DNA of 60,650 nucleotides from an uncultured bacterium (GTDB lineage: Bacteria; UBA8481), in NCBI GenBank assembly GCA_964499705.1, contig CAZCME010000001.1, positions 447,243 to 507,892 of the forward strand, written 5' to 3'. Below are positions 1 to 8,063 of the stretch, one piece after another. Position numbers and translations under genes: made by a program. Position 1 is the stretch's first letter. Every line of letters begins with the position of its first letter. Below the pieces are notes generated by a model. The model made no database searches, was not told where the DNA came from, and worked only from the letters and a program-made list of their open reading frames with translations.

Positions 1-1772
1 CCCGATCCATGCCGAACGACGGGATTCTCGAGGAAAAACCGCGAAAACTCGCCATCGGGATTCAATGCAACCGCCTCTTGAAACTCCCGGCGAGCCGCCT
101 CGGTCTCGCCCCGATCACGATGGAGCAGCCCCTGGTAATAGTGAATGTCGGCGTTATCGGGAGCCTCTTCGAGCGCCTTCCTGAAGAAGAGCATCGCTTT
201 TTCGTCATTACCGAGCGTGTGCTGGAGCCAGCCGCCGAGCGCAAGCTGGCTGGGCCTCGGTCTTGAACGATTAATCCGCATATTCCCCATTTCACCGGCC
301 AACCCGGGGACTGTCGAAAAGAAGTCGTCGATGTCCTTGATGCTGAGAAAGAAGCTTCTCTGCCTGCGGAGTCCGCTCATGTCCCAGTAGTTTTGGCTTT
401 CGAAAGACCGCCGCATCTCCGATTCCAAGGGGCGGCGACGACTGAATCTTCTGTAAGGCCCAATCTGTTGATCGAGTGAAGAGAGAGCTGTGCTGACGCG
501 GTAGTCAAAAAAGCTCCATACCTGCCACAGATGTTTGTACGCCTCGCCGTCATTTCCAAGTTCGAATTCGGAGACGGCTTTGCCGAGAAGAGCGGGAGCG
601 GAAATCACTTCGTTAACATACCAAATCCGCGTGTCGGTCCCGATTATCTCCTCCGAGATGGAAAGCGCGCGATCGAATGCTTCGCGAGCGCCTTCGGCCA
701 GACCTAGCTTGAGAAGTGAGTTGCCTCGCTGGCAGAAATAAGCAAACCTCGAGATGGTGTCAGAGCCTTTGAAGAAGCCGCTGGTCTCGATATCAGCCGC
801 CTCGGGTTCCGACTTGTACGGCCTGTCTACCACCGCGACCGAATTACCGGAACTGGAACTGGAGGGATCCCAGTCATACCAATAACCTTCCGGAGAGGGT
901 GAAGTGACCCAACGTTCGCCGTCGATCCAGTACTTGTACTGGTAGATCCCAGAACTCAGAACGACTGAGGTCTCCCACAGTCCATTGCCGTCGGGATCTT
1001 CCAGGGGCAGAGTGTGTTGATTCCAATTGTTGAACTCTCCGGCAAGATGCACGGAGACAGCGTGGGGTGCGAAGAGACGAAATGTATACCGGCCTGCCGC
1101 CAAGGTTGTCGGAGCTCGATGAAACTTCACGTTGCATATCGAACGACCATAGTCCAATGTTCGCTCGGCAAGCTCCAGATGCGAGAAAATCGGGTGAGAA
1201 TCCACCTCATACCAGCCGGAGGACACGTCCGGCATTTGAATGAACGCCTGAGAGTTGACCACGAATCGAAACCGGTACATTCCGGTCGGGAGCGCACGTT
1301 CTCCCCGCCATCGTTTTCCAACATGGTGAAGTGGAAACTCGTCGGGATCCCAATTATTGAAATCCCCTATGACGGATACACGCGTCGCGCCGATTATATC
1401 TTCTATCTGGAAAACGGCGTTTACGGAGGGGGCCGCCTCGTCGGGAACGAGAATCACGGAATTTCCATTCTTGATCGGCGCACTGGGATCGGTTACCCAG
1501 ATCCATTCATCCATCGGCCCGTCACCGTTCAATACGAACTTGTATTCGTATTCCCTGCCCGGTTCGAGATTCATCGTCGTTCGCCAGACGCCTGTCTCGA
1601 CGAGCGCCATCGGAACTTCCGGATTCCAGGAATTAAAGGTGCCTCGCAGAGCAACGATCCGGCCCGGTTTCACCTCGGAAATCGTTTCCCGGTATTCGAA
1701 TGTGACTTCAGTTGCGTGGGCATCGTGCGCGAGGAAAAGAAGAAATGTGAAAAGCAGGGCGGCTCGATTCAT
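1..1772 (-). CDS. Exported protein with three CBM48/AMPK-beta-like glycogen-binding domains and C-terminal TPR repeats (3' partial, runs off the window; not in the ORF track)
   Basis: Manual minus-strand translation from ATG at 1772 (ATGA overlap with the upstream stop) is open to position 3. Signal peptide MNRAALLFTFLLFLAHDAHA. Three E-set modules: VALRGTFNSWNP..GVWRTTMNLEPGREYEYKFV, VSVIGDFNNWDP..LPTGMYRFRFVV and VHLAGEFNNWNQ..GLWETSVVLSSGIYQYKYWIDG. TPR-like segment AMLFFRKALEEAPDNADIHYYQGLLHRDRGETEAARREFQEAVALNP. Confidence 0.85.
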   Translation of the reverse strand, partial: MNRAALLFTFLLFLAHDAHATEVTFEYRETISEVKPGRIVALRGTFNSWNPEVPMALVETGVWRTTMNLEPGREYEYKFVLNGDGPMDEWIWVTDPSAPIKNGNSVILVPDEAAPSVNAVFQIEDIIGATRVSVIGDFNNWDPDEFPLHHVGKRWRGERALPTGMYRFRFVVNSQAFIQMPDVSSGWYEVDSHPIFSHLELAERTLDYGRSICNVKFHRAPTTLAAGRYTFRLFAPHAVSVHLAGEFNNWNQHTLPLEDPDGNGLWETSVVLSSGIYQYKYWIDGERWVTSPSPEGYWYDWDPSSSSSGNSVAVVDRPYKSEPEAADIETSGFFKGSDTISRFAYFCQRGNSLLKLGLAEGAREAFDRALSISEEIIGTDTRIWYVNEVISAPALLGKAVSEFELGNDGEAYKHLWQVWSFFDYRVSTALSSLDQQIGPYRRFSRRRPLESEMRRSFESQNYWDMSGLRRQRSFFLSIKDIDDFFSTVPGLAGEMGNMRINRSRPRPSQLALGGWLQHTLGNDEKAMLFFRKALEEAPDNADIHYYQGLLHRDRGETEAARREFQEAVALNPDGEFSRFFLENPVVRHGS

Positions 1773-3505
1773 TCTTTCACCGTGATGACGGAGTTGAAGC
1801 CTCCGTAGCCATCCGGGAGCCGCTCGGGGTTTCCGGGGTCGGGAAACCATTCATCGTCCTGGATGAACTTGTAGGTATATCGACCGGGGCGAAGTGGCAC
1901 TCGAATTGTCCACTGTTCAGTCTGAGCATCGAATTGCATCGGCCATTTTTTCCAGTCGTTGAACTGGCCCGCGATATAGACACGACTGTCTTTGTCTTCG
2001 ACACGAACGGAGAAGACGATGGTCCCGCTCGATTCCCTGCCGATCGCAATTCCTGAATCCCTGTCGATCGCAATTCGCAGGGGCAGGCGCGGCCCCTCGA
2101 CGACAAATGTCTCACTGGTCGGAGCCGCTGATTTAAGAACATAGCTATCCCCTGAAACGAGATATTCGTACGGGTTGCCCCAGGGATCCTCCAGGATCAG
2201 GACGTCCGGCTCTTCAATGACGGAAGAGTAGTATTTGAACAGGACTCCAACATCCTCGAGGGGATTCGGCGTACTGGTGGCGCGAAATAACGTACGGGAG
2301 GCTTCCTCCAGGGTCTGCGGCAGTCGACCGCCATTGACCTCGCGATAGTCGCGGATCAGCCGTTCAAGGCCGCGCAGTTCCAGCTCGACGCGTTTCCTAA
2401 GCATGTTCGGGACGTGGATCCACCACTGCGCATCGCCCAACGCGCTGGAATCCTCGACGGTAAAAACCCAGGGCCAGCGCGAATCGGCTTGAATTGTCAA
2501 TGGATGTCCGAGCGGACTCTTCAAAAGGTCCTCGGGCATTCCCGATTCGACCAGCTCGCGAGCAGGCAGTTCCGGACATATTCTTCGGCTCTCCATCTCG
2601 TATCGCGCCCACCAGTACTCTATCGCCAGGTGTTTTACGAGTATGTGTTCACGAAGAGTTTCGACCGCAGCGTGTCTCAAATACCAATGATATTGATTGT
2701 TGCGGGATTCCGGCAACAGGCGATACCGGAAGTCGGATTCGTCAACGCTTCCGATGTTGATGGCTTCCGCCCAATGCTCGAACCAGGCCGCGATTTCGCG
2801 CCGCGTCTGGCCCGGTCCACCGAGGAGGCTGCGCGAGGGAATCTTTGCCCATTCGATCGCCTGCGTATCGGGGGAGGGAAGAAGCAGCGCGAGCGACCGG
2901 ATCAGGAAGTCGACCCGCGAATCCTCGAAGACGTCCTCGACGAAGAACGCCGGAAACTCCGCGCCGTTTCCTGAAAGCACGGCCGTTTTGAACGCGGCGT
3001 GAAGCTCGCCTGGCGTGCGGTAGGTTATTTTGCCGGGAGCATCACCGCCTCCTTCGGCGCCGCGCACACCGGACGTCGCGACCGGCGCAGAGAAGCCTGA
3101 AGCGCGCGGCATGCGACGAAGGATGGCGCCACGCATGCCGAGGCGCGAGAGTGGAAAATCGTACACACCCTGGAGCACATACGTCTCACCGCGCACCGAC
3201 TTCAGGACGACGCTCTCGGTCATGGCGATGTCGACGCGGGCCGAGTCGGGAAGGGTGGATGCGAATCGGATGCGTGTCCATCCTCGATCTGAAGAGAAGC
3301 GATAGTCGGGCGCTCCGTGGATCTCCACGACAATGAACGGGCCGCCGCTTCTCATCGTCAGCCCTTGCGCCATTGCCGCGGAAGCCAGAAAGAAGAGCAT
3401 CGCCGTAAAAAGTCCAGGCCGGAATGTGTGGATCTGTTTCATCTTCTGCCCCATTCGACGAATGTTTCCGCGTCCAGGTTCAAACGGCTCGAAAATATAT
3501 TTCAT
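1769..3505 (-). CDS. Exported protein with an internal GspG/T2SSG-like segment and a C-terminal CBM48-like glycogen-binding domain
   Basis: Signal-like LFTAMLFFLASAAMAQ (start may be the later MKQIH). Segment LERLIRDYREVNGGRLPQTLEE...DPWGNPYEY...YVLKSAAP resembles the pseudopilin G C-terminal motif. C-terminus VYIAGQFNDWKKWPM...WTIRVPLRPGRYTYKFIQDDEWFPDPGNP...DGYGGFNSVITV. ATGA overlaps at both ends. Confidence 0.75.
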   Translation of the reverse strand: MKYIFEPFEPGRGNIRRMGQKMKQIHTFRPGLFTAMLFFLASAAMAQGLTMRSGGPFIVVEIHGAPDYRFSSDRGWTRIRFASTLPDSARVDIAMTESVVLKSVRGETYVLQGVYDFPLSRLGMRGAILRRMPRASGFSAPVATSGVRGAEGGGDAPGKITYRTPGELHAAFKTAVLSGNGAEFPAFFVEDVFEDSRVDFLIRSLALLLPSPDTQAIEWAKIPSRSLLGGPGQTRREIAAWFEHWAEAINIGSVDESDFRYRLLPESRNNQYHWYLRHAAVETLREHILVKHLAIEYWWARYEMESRRICPELPARELVESGMPEDLLKSPLGHPLTIQADSRWPWVFTVEDSSALGDAQWWIHVPNMLRKRVELELRGLERLIRDYREVNGGRLPQTLEEASRTLFRATSTPNPLEDVGVLFKYYSSVIEEPDVLILEDPWGNPYEYLVSGDSYVLKSAAPTSETFVVEGPRLPLRIAIDRDSGIAIGRESSGTIVFSVRVEDKDSRVYIAGQFNDWKKWPMQFDAQTEQWTIRVPLRPGRYTYKFIQDDEWFPDPGNPERLPDGYGGFNSVITVKE

Positions 3506-4128
3506 GGATTGCCGGTCTCTCGGGCGCGCTGACGGAGTCGCTCCAGTCTCTCTGCCGCATCGTGATCCTGGGATCGATCGTCCGCCAGAGGATCTCGCGA
3601 GGAATTCGGAATCAGAGTGAACGTATCTTCCAGATCACCATGAATCGCCGTATCGCCCGGCGCGTCATGATGTACGGGGGCGGGGTGATCCCGGTGCGCG
3701 ACGCGAGACGAAGGCGCGAGCGCGCTGTCCGCGGATATTGTGTCCTCGGCAATTATCATGGGGGGCGTGTCGACTACTGGGACCGCGCTGATCGATGGCG
3801 ATGTTCCACGTTCCGGAGACGGCCGCGATCCAAGGCTCCAGTAGATCCCCGCCATGATGAGCAGTGAAGCCGCCAGTGCCCACGGGCGCCAGGAGGCGGG
3901 CGATCGCGCAGGTGAACGAAGCGCTTCACTCACGATACGACTTTTCAGAGCGGCCGGCCCCTTGATGTTCATTCCAGGAAGCGTCCGGGCAATCTCGCGC
4001 GCGGAGACCTCGTGCTCGCGACACGACGGGCATGAGCTCACATGCTCGGCAATCTGCGTCATCGCGACCGGGTCCAGTTCTCCTCCGACATATTCGTCGA
4101 GCCGATCGCGGACTTCCTCGCAATTCAT
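3502..4128 (-). CDS. Zinc-finger (zf-HC2/ZAS) transmembrane anti-sigma factor
   Basis: MNCEEVRDRLDEYVGGEL...HVSSCPSC (HxxxCxxC), one TM helix (WALAASLLIMAGIYW), directly downstream of an ECF sigma. Confidence 0.9.
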   Translation of the reverse strand: MNCEEVRDRLDEYVGGELDPVAMTQIAEHVSSCPSCREHEVSAREIARTLPGMNIKGPAALKSRIVSEALRSPARSPASWRPWALAASLLIMAGIYWSLGSRPSPERGTSPSISAVPVVDTPPMIIAEDTISADSALAPSSRVAHRDHPAPVHHDAPGDTAIHGDLEDTFTLIPNSSRDPLADDRSQDHDAAERLERLRQRARETGNP

Positions 4129-4769
4129 CGCGCCGCCGCCCTTCGCGCCATGACGAACTCGCGCATCTGCACTCTCGCGTGATGAAGGCGCGACTTCACG
4201 GTCCCCTCGGGAACTTCCAGGATGTCAGCCGCTTCCTCGATGGAATGTCCATCGATCGCAACGAGCTGAATCGCCGCGCGATGATCCTCCGAAAGATGCT
4301 GCAGGGCTTCCTCCAGGAGTCCCGAAAGTCCGGAGTCTTCGGGCGCGGAGGTCCGTAACGCCGCTTGGTCCGCCGCCCGCTCGAGATTCTCCGAGTCGTA
4401 AACGATCCTCAGCTTGTTTCGCTGCGCGCTGCGCATCGCGTCTCGTCCCACGTTGATCGCGATCCGGTAGAGCCAAGTGTCCGGACTGCAGTCGCCGCGA
4501 TACGCGGGCAATGCTCGCCAGGCTTTCAGATAGACCTCCTGTGTCAGATCCTCGATATCGTGTCGTCCCCAGAGCATTCTCGAAAGAAGAGAGAAGGTCC
4601 GGTCGAACGTCCTCTCGATGAAGGACTCGACCGCGCATCTTTCCCGCGCCACAAGCGCGTTCCTCTCGATTAGACGCCGGTCGTTTTCGCTGGGTTCAAT
4701 GGCCTGCATGAAGGCCGGAGTATAGTCGGAGAGACGTGCCGATGTCAGTCGCGTCATCATTCCGCTCAT
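4125..4769 (-). CDS. ECF-type RNA polymerase sigma-70 factor
   Basis: Region 2 EDLTQEVYLKAWRALPAYRG..TWLYRIAIN; region 4 EEAADILEVPEGTVKSRLHHAR. The true start may be later (MQAIEP). Confidence 0.92.
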   Translation of the reverse strand: MSGMMTRLTSARLSDYTPAFMQAIEPSENDRRLIERNALVARERCAVESFIERTFDRTFSLLSRMLWGRHDIEDLTQEVYLKAWRALPAYRGDCSPDTWLYRIAINVGRDAMRSAQRNKLRIVYDSENLERAADQAALRTSAPEDSGLSGLLEEALQHLSEDHRAAIQLVAIDGHSIEEAADILEVPEGTVKSRLHHARVQMREFVMARRAAAR

Positions 4770-4863
4770 ATGCGCCGTCGATCACGTAAATTCCGCGAGA
4801 TCTGCGTCGCTCAGGGAGATCCCCGACGTAATCGTTCGTCACATCCTTTAATCACGCAGGGCA

Positions 4864-4879
4864 GGGCACGGAAGATGCA
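4864..4879 (+). promoter_or_regulatory. Putative sigma54 (-24/-12) promoter of the GGDEF gene
   Basis: GGGCACGGAAGATGCA = GG-N10-GC with GGCACG core, ending 17 nt before ATG 4897. Confidence 0.5.
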
Positions 4880-4896
4880 CATGTATTGTTTGTACT

Positions 4897-5655
4897 ATGA
4901 AGACCGAGTGCAAATTCGCGATTTTCGGATTTCTCTGGGGAATTCCCATCCCGGTGGTGACCGTTCTTGTCGCACTCATGGCCACTGGAACACCGCTCAG
5001 TCTTGAAAGCATTGTCGCCGAATTTCACGCTCACCCGGTGCAATTCGTCTTCCTGGCTCATCCGCTTCTTTTTGCCATGGCACTTGCCTTCCTGGGGAGG
5101 CAGCGGGACCGTTCCGCGCAGATGCTGAAGCTCCTCGTGCAACGCCTCGAACACGATGCGCGATCCGACATGATGACGGGACTCCTGAATCATGCCACGT
5201 TCTGGAAGATGCTGGAGGCGGAGAGGGCGCGCCATATCAGGAAGAAGCCGGGCGCGGCGCGCGCGGATTCAATGTGCGTGCTCATGGTGGATATCGATTT
5301 CTTCAAGAAGGTGAACGATCAATGGGGTCACCTCGTCGGCGACGCGGTCCTCATACAGACCGCAAGTCTCATCCTCGCCCAGGTCCGTCCCTACGATCAT
5401 GTGGCCCGCTACGGCGGCGAGGAATTCGCGGTGATCCTGCCGGACACCACCGCGGAGGATGCCCGGCAGATCGCGGGGCGAATTCGCACGACCATCGAGG
5501 CTCACTTCTTTCCCAAAGAGATCCGGATCACGGTCTCGATCGGGCTGGCGCCTATGATGAATGGCGAGAGCGCGAATGAATTGATGGCCGGCGTGGACGC
5601 GGCACTCTACCAGGCGAAAAAATCAGGCCGGAATCAAGTCGTGTGCGCGTCCTGA
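4897..5655 (+). CDS. Membrane-anchored diguanylate cyclase (GGDEF domain)
   Basis: Two N-terminal TM helices; DMMTGLLN, DIDFFKKVNDQWGHLVGD, RPYD I-site followed by ARYGGEEF. Confidence 0.95.
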   Translation: MKTECKFAIFGFLWGIPIPVVTVLVALMATGTPLSLESIVAEFHAHPVQFVFLAHPLLFAMALAFLGRQRDRSAQMLKLLVQRLEHDARSDMMTGLLNHATFWKMLEAERARHIRKKPGAARADSMCVLMVDIDFFKKVNDQWGHLVGDAVLIQTASLILAQVRPYDHVARYGGEEFAVILPDTTAEDARQIAGRIRTTIEAHFFPKEIRITVSIGLAPMMNGESANELMAGVDAALYQAKKSGRNQVVCAS

Positions 5656-5656
5656 T

Positions 5657-7039
5657 TCATAGGGCAAAAGTGATCCGTGTGCCCTCTGCCCAATCTTCCC
5701 ACAAATAGGCTTCGTGCCGATTGTCCGCGATCGCGCGAAACGCATAACGGGCCTGCTCCTTGTAGAATTCGCAGAACGCGCCCCGTCCGTTAAGCGCGGC
5801 TCCATCGCTCCTGACCTCGGCAGGGCAGGGGGCTCCGCAGAAATGCCGGATGGCGCAGCTCCGGCATGGTTCGAAATTCTCGATGCGTCTCTCCGTGACC
5901 CGGCGGAACGCCGGACTCACGAGCACATCCTTCATTTCATCTTCGAAGAGATTACCTCCTCGGAATTCGTCCAGGCCGATGAACTCGCTGCAGGGGAAGA
6001 GATCGCCGTCCGGCGCCAGCGCGAAGAAGCATCGCCCGCCTCCGCACGGGGAGATGTCGCACATGAGCCTGCGGGCCGACGGCGCGATGATGGCGAGGAG
6101 AATATTCGCGAAGTTGGCCACGGGAAGTTTTCGACCCGTTTCGCGATAGAGCTCAAATGTGCGGTCCAGAGCCGCGAGATAGTGTCGCGAGGCGGTTGCG
6201 TCGGACGGCTTGACGCGGCGGGAACGATCGAGCGTGCACCGGACGACATTCAGCATGCAGGTCGGCACCTCCTTCGCATGGAAGAACTCCACAAGATCGA
6301 TCAATCTTTTCATGTTCCCCCGCGCCATCGTCGCGATGACGCTCCAGTGGGCATACCCGCGCAACTTGTCCATGGCGGATACCACCTGCTCATGGACCGG
6401 ACGGCCTGACCATGTCCGGCGCGTCCGGCTTCCGATGGACTCCGAGGCCGAATCGAGCGAAAGCCCGATGCTGACGCCGTGCGTGACGAGAAATTCCACC
6501 GTGCGATCATCCAGCAGCGTCGCATTCGTCTGGATGCCGAAGTGGAAATCGTTGCGGAAAGCGCTGATCCCCGTACTCACCGCATCGCGATTCAGGAGAG
6601 GCTCCGCGCCGTGAAAGATGATCTGCCCGCGTTCGCCGCGCGGCAGCGTCCGCGAGAAGTAACGCTTCAACCGCGAAAGCGCGTCCAGCAGTCGCTGCTC
6701 CGACATGTGAGACCCGTCCCGGCGCATCGCCTCCGGGATGTAGCAGTACGTGCAGTTCAGATTGCACCGCTCCGTGGGATTGAAGTACACGGCTGAAGGC
6801 CTCCGCGTGAAACGCAGCGAGTCCATCTCCTTTGCGAATTCGTCGGCCTTCCTGCGGTAGGCACGTTCCATCCGAACGCTCCGGAGTTCATCGTGCATCG
6901 TCTCGCGCGGCTCAAGCGCCCAGAAGGCCGTGTCCGGATCCACGATGCAATCGTATCGTTCATGGCCGATGGCGAAGGTCTCCCACGACGGCTCTGATCG
7001 CATACGCGCCTCCGCCGAAGAGCCCCGTCCTTCGTTCAC
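5657..7039 (-). CDS. cbpB: Peptide-modifying radical SAM/SPASM enzyme, CbpB-like
   Basis: CNLNCTYC motif; SPASM Cys clusters CDISPCGGGRCF..PCSEF and CRSCAIRHFCGAPCPAE..FCEFY; DPDTAFWAL N-terminal motif. Start placed at GTG 7039, overlapping the peptide gene stop; the ORF-track extension to 7336 runs through the riboswitch and is unlikely. Confidence 0.85.
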   Translation of the reverse strand: MNEGRGSSAEARMRSEPSWETFAIGHERYDCIVDPDTAFWALEPRETMHDELRSVRMERAYRRKADEFAKEMDSLRFTRRPSAVYFNPTERCNLNCTYCYIPEAMRRDGSHMSEQRLLDALSRLKRYFSRTLPRGERGQIIFHGAEPLLNRDAVSTGISAFRNDFHFGIQTNATLLDDRTVEFLVTHGVSIGLSLDSASESIGSRTRRTWSGRPVHEQVVSAMDKLRGYAHWSVIATMARGNMKRLIDLVEFFHAKEVPTCMLNVVRCTLDRSRRVKPSDATASRHYLAALDRTFELYRETGRKLPVANFANILLAIIAPSARRLMCDISPCGGGRCFFALAPDGDLFPCSEFIGLDEFRGGNLFEDEMKDVLVSPAFRRVTERRIENFEPCRSCAIRHFCGAPCPAEVRSDGAALNGRGAFCEFYKEQARYAFRAIADNRHEAYLWEDWAEGTRITFAL

Positions 7040-7176
7040 TTGCTCTTGGGTTTCATCAGGATGTAATGCGACAGTCCCGTGCCCTTGGCTTCGCAGGTCC
7101 TCCTGAACGCGATGACCTTCCCGCTCTTTACCGCTTTCTTCGCTCCGGTGCCGCTCCTCTTTCCGCTGGTCTTCAT
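7036..7176 (-). CDS. cbpA: Modified-peptide precursor, CbpA-like (46 aa)
   Basis: MKTSGKRSGTGAKKAVKSGKVIAFRRTCEAKGTGLSHYILMKPKSK. It has a strong RBS (AGGAAGGAG), the C..KGTGLSHYILM core typical of the family, and lies directly upstream of the rSAM gene. Confidence 0.85.
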   Translation of the reverse strand: MKTSGKRSGTGAKKAVKSGKVIAFRRTCEAKGTGLSHYILMKPKSK

Positions 7177-7212
7177 TTGTGTCTCCTTCCTGAAGCATCC
7201 TGTGCCCCAAAT

Positions 7213-7253
7213 AAAAAAGGGTTCCGACAAGCGCGCGCCTGTCGAAACCCTTT
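7213..7253 (-). terminator. Intrinsic terminator forming the riboswitch expression platform
   Basis: Minus strand AAAGGGTTTCGACAGGC-GCGC-GCTTGTCGGAACCC-TTTTTT, between the aptamer and cbpA. Confidence 0.85.
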
Positions 7254-7282
7254 GCCGTCGGATTCCTTCTTCCTTTTGCCTC

Positions 7283-7452
7283 AGCAGGTCTTCTGGCTTC
7301 CCTGTCCTTCCGGCGACCTTCCCGGCTCCATCTCATCGATGAAAACCAGTGGTCATGCGACTGCCGAAAAGTTCTCGCTCCTCGCGGAACGAGCCAGGGT
7401 TACAGCGGTGGGTCCGCCACGGAATGTCACCGTGTTCCGGGATGCTGAAACT
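7283..7452 (-). ncRNA. Cobalamin (B12) riboswitch
   Basis: Minus strand GGAACACGGTGACATTCCGTGGCGGACCCACCGCTGTAA...CCACTGG...CCGGGAAGG...AAGCCAGAAGACCTGCT (B12 box). The ends are approximate. Confidence 0.9.
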
Positions 7453-7458
7453 TGAGAA

Positions 7459-7487
7459 ATCATGAGCGGCTCTTGTGAGCATGTCAA
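7459..7487 (-). promoter_or_regulatory. Sigma70-type promoter for the riboswitch-cbpAB transcript
   Basis: TTGACA (7487-7482), 17-nt spacer, CATGAT (7464-7459), immediately 5' of the aptamer. Confidence 0.65.
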
Positions 7488-7535
7488 GCGGGGCACGATG
7501 AAAATGCGCGAGTCATTCCACAGCTCTGTAATATT

Positions 7536-7551
7536 CGGCACAGCATTTGCT
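7536..7551 (+). promoter_or_regulatory. Putative sigma54 promoter upstream of nrfHA
   Basis: CGGCACAGCATTTGCT = GG-N10-GC with TTGC. It overlaps an alternative sigma70-like TTCACA-17-TATTGT element. Confidence 0.55.
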
Positions 7552-7585
7552 TCACATTGCCGTATGCAATCTCTATTGTGCTTTC

Positions 7586-8050
7586 ATGCGCCCCGCGTAT
7601 AAATGGGCAATACGCCTCTTCTGTCTCCTGGCAGGTCTATGCACGGGCCTGGGCGGATACACGTTCTATTATGCCAAGGGTTATTCGTATCTCTCCAACG
7701 ATCCCAAGGCCTGCGTGAACTGCCATATCATGCGCGAGGAGTACGACGGGTGGCTGAAGTCCGGTCATCACGGCGTCGCCACGTGCAATGACTGCCATCT
7801 GCCCGCGCATGGGCTTTCGAAATGGATCATCAAGGCGGAAAACGGTTTCTGGCATTCGAAGAGCTTCACGCTGCAGGATTTTCACGAGCCGATCCGCGTG
7901 AGGCCGCATAATCTCCGGGTGATCCGGCAGAACTGCGTGCGGTGCCACATGGGACTTGTAAATCAGATTACGCCGCACGCCGGCGTCGATGAAGATGATG
8001 AGGGCTGCATCCGATGCCATAGAGGCGTCGGGCACGGAGCGAGGGAATGA
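7586..8050 (+). CDS. nrfH: Cytochrome c nitrite reductase small subunit (tetraheme quinol dehydrogenase)
   Basis: N-terminal TM; YAKGYSYLSNDPKACVNCHIM; four CXXCH motifs (CVNCH, CNDCH, CVRCH, CIRCH). Start taken at ATG 7586. Confidence 0.95.
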   Translation: MRPAYKWAIRLFCLLAGLCTGLGGYTFYYAKGYSYLSNDPKACVNCHIMREEYDGWLKSGHHGVATCNDCHLPAHGLSKWIIKAENGFWHSKSFTLQDFHEPIRVRPHNLRVIRQNCVRCHMGLVNQITPHAGVDEDDEGCIRCHRGVGHGARE

Positions 8051-8063
8051 GGAGGTGAGCGGG

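Noticed and set aside
1014-1808. 264-aa plus-strand ORF and other short ORFs in 1-1800
   Set aside because: These are antisense shadows of the minus-strand CBM48-TPR gene and have no recognisable motifs.
7040-7336. N-terminal ~99-aa extension of the radical SAM ORF in the track
   Set aside because: It overlaps cbpA, the terminator and the riboswitch; the real start is probably GTG 7039.
7490-7508. Second GGCACG motif near nrfH as a sigma54 site
   Set aside because: GG-to-GC spacing is not 10 nt.
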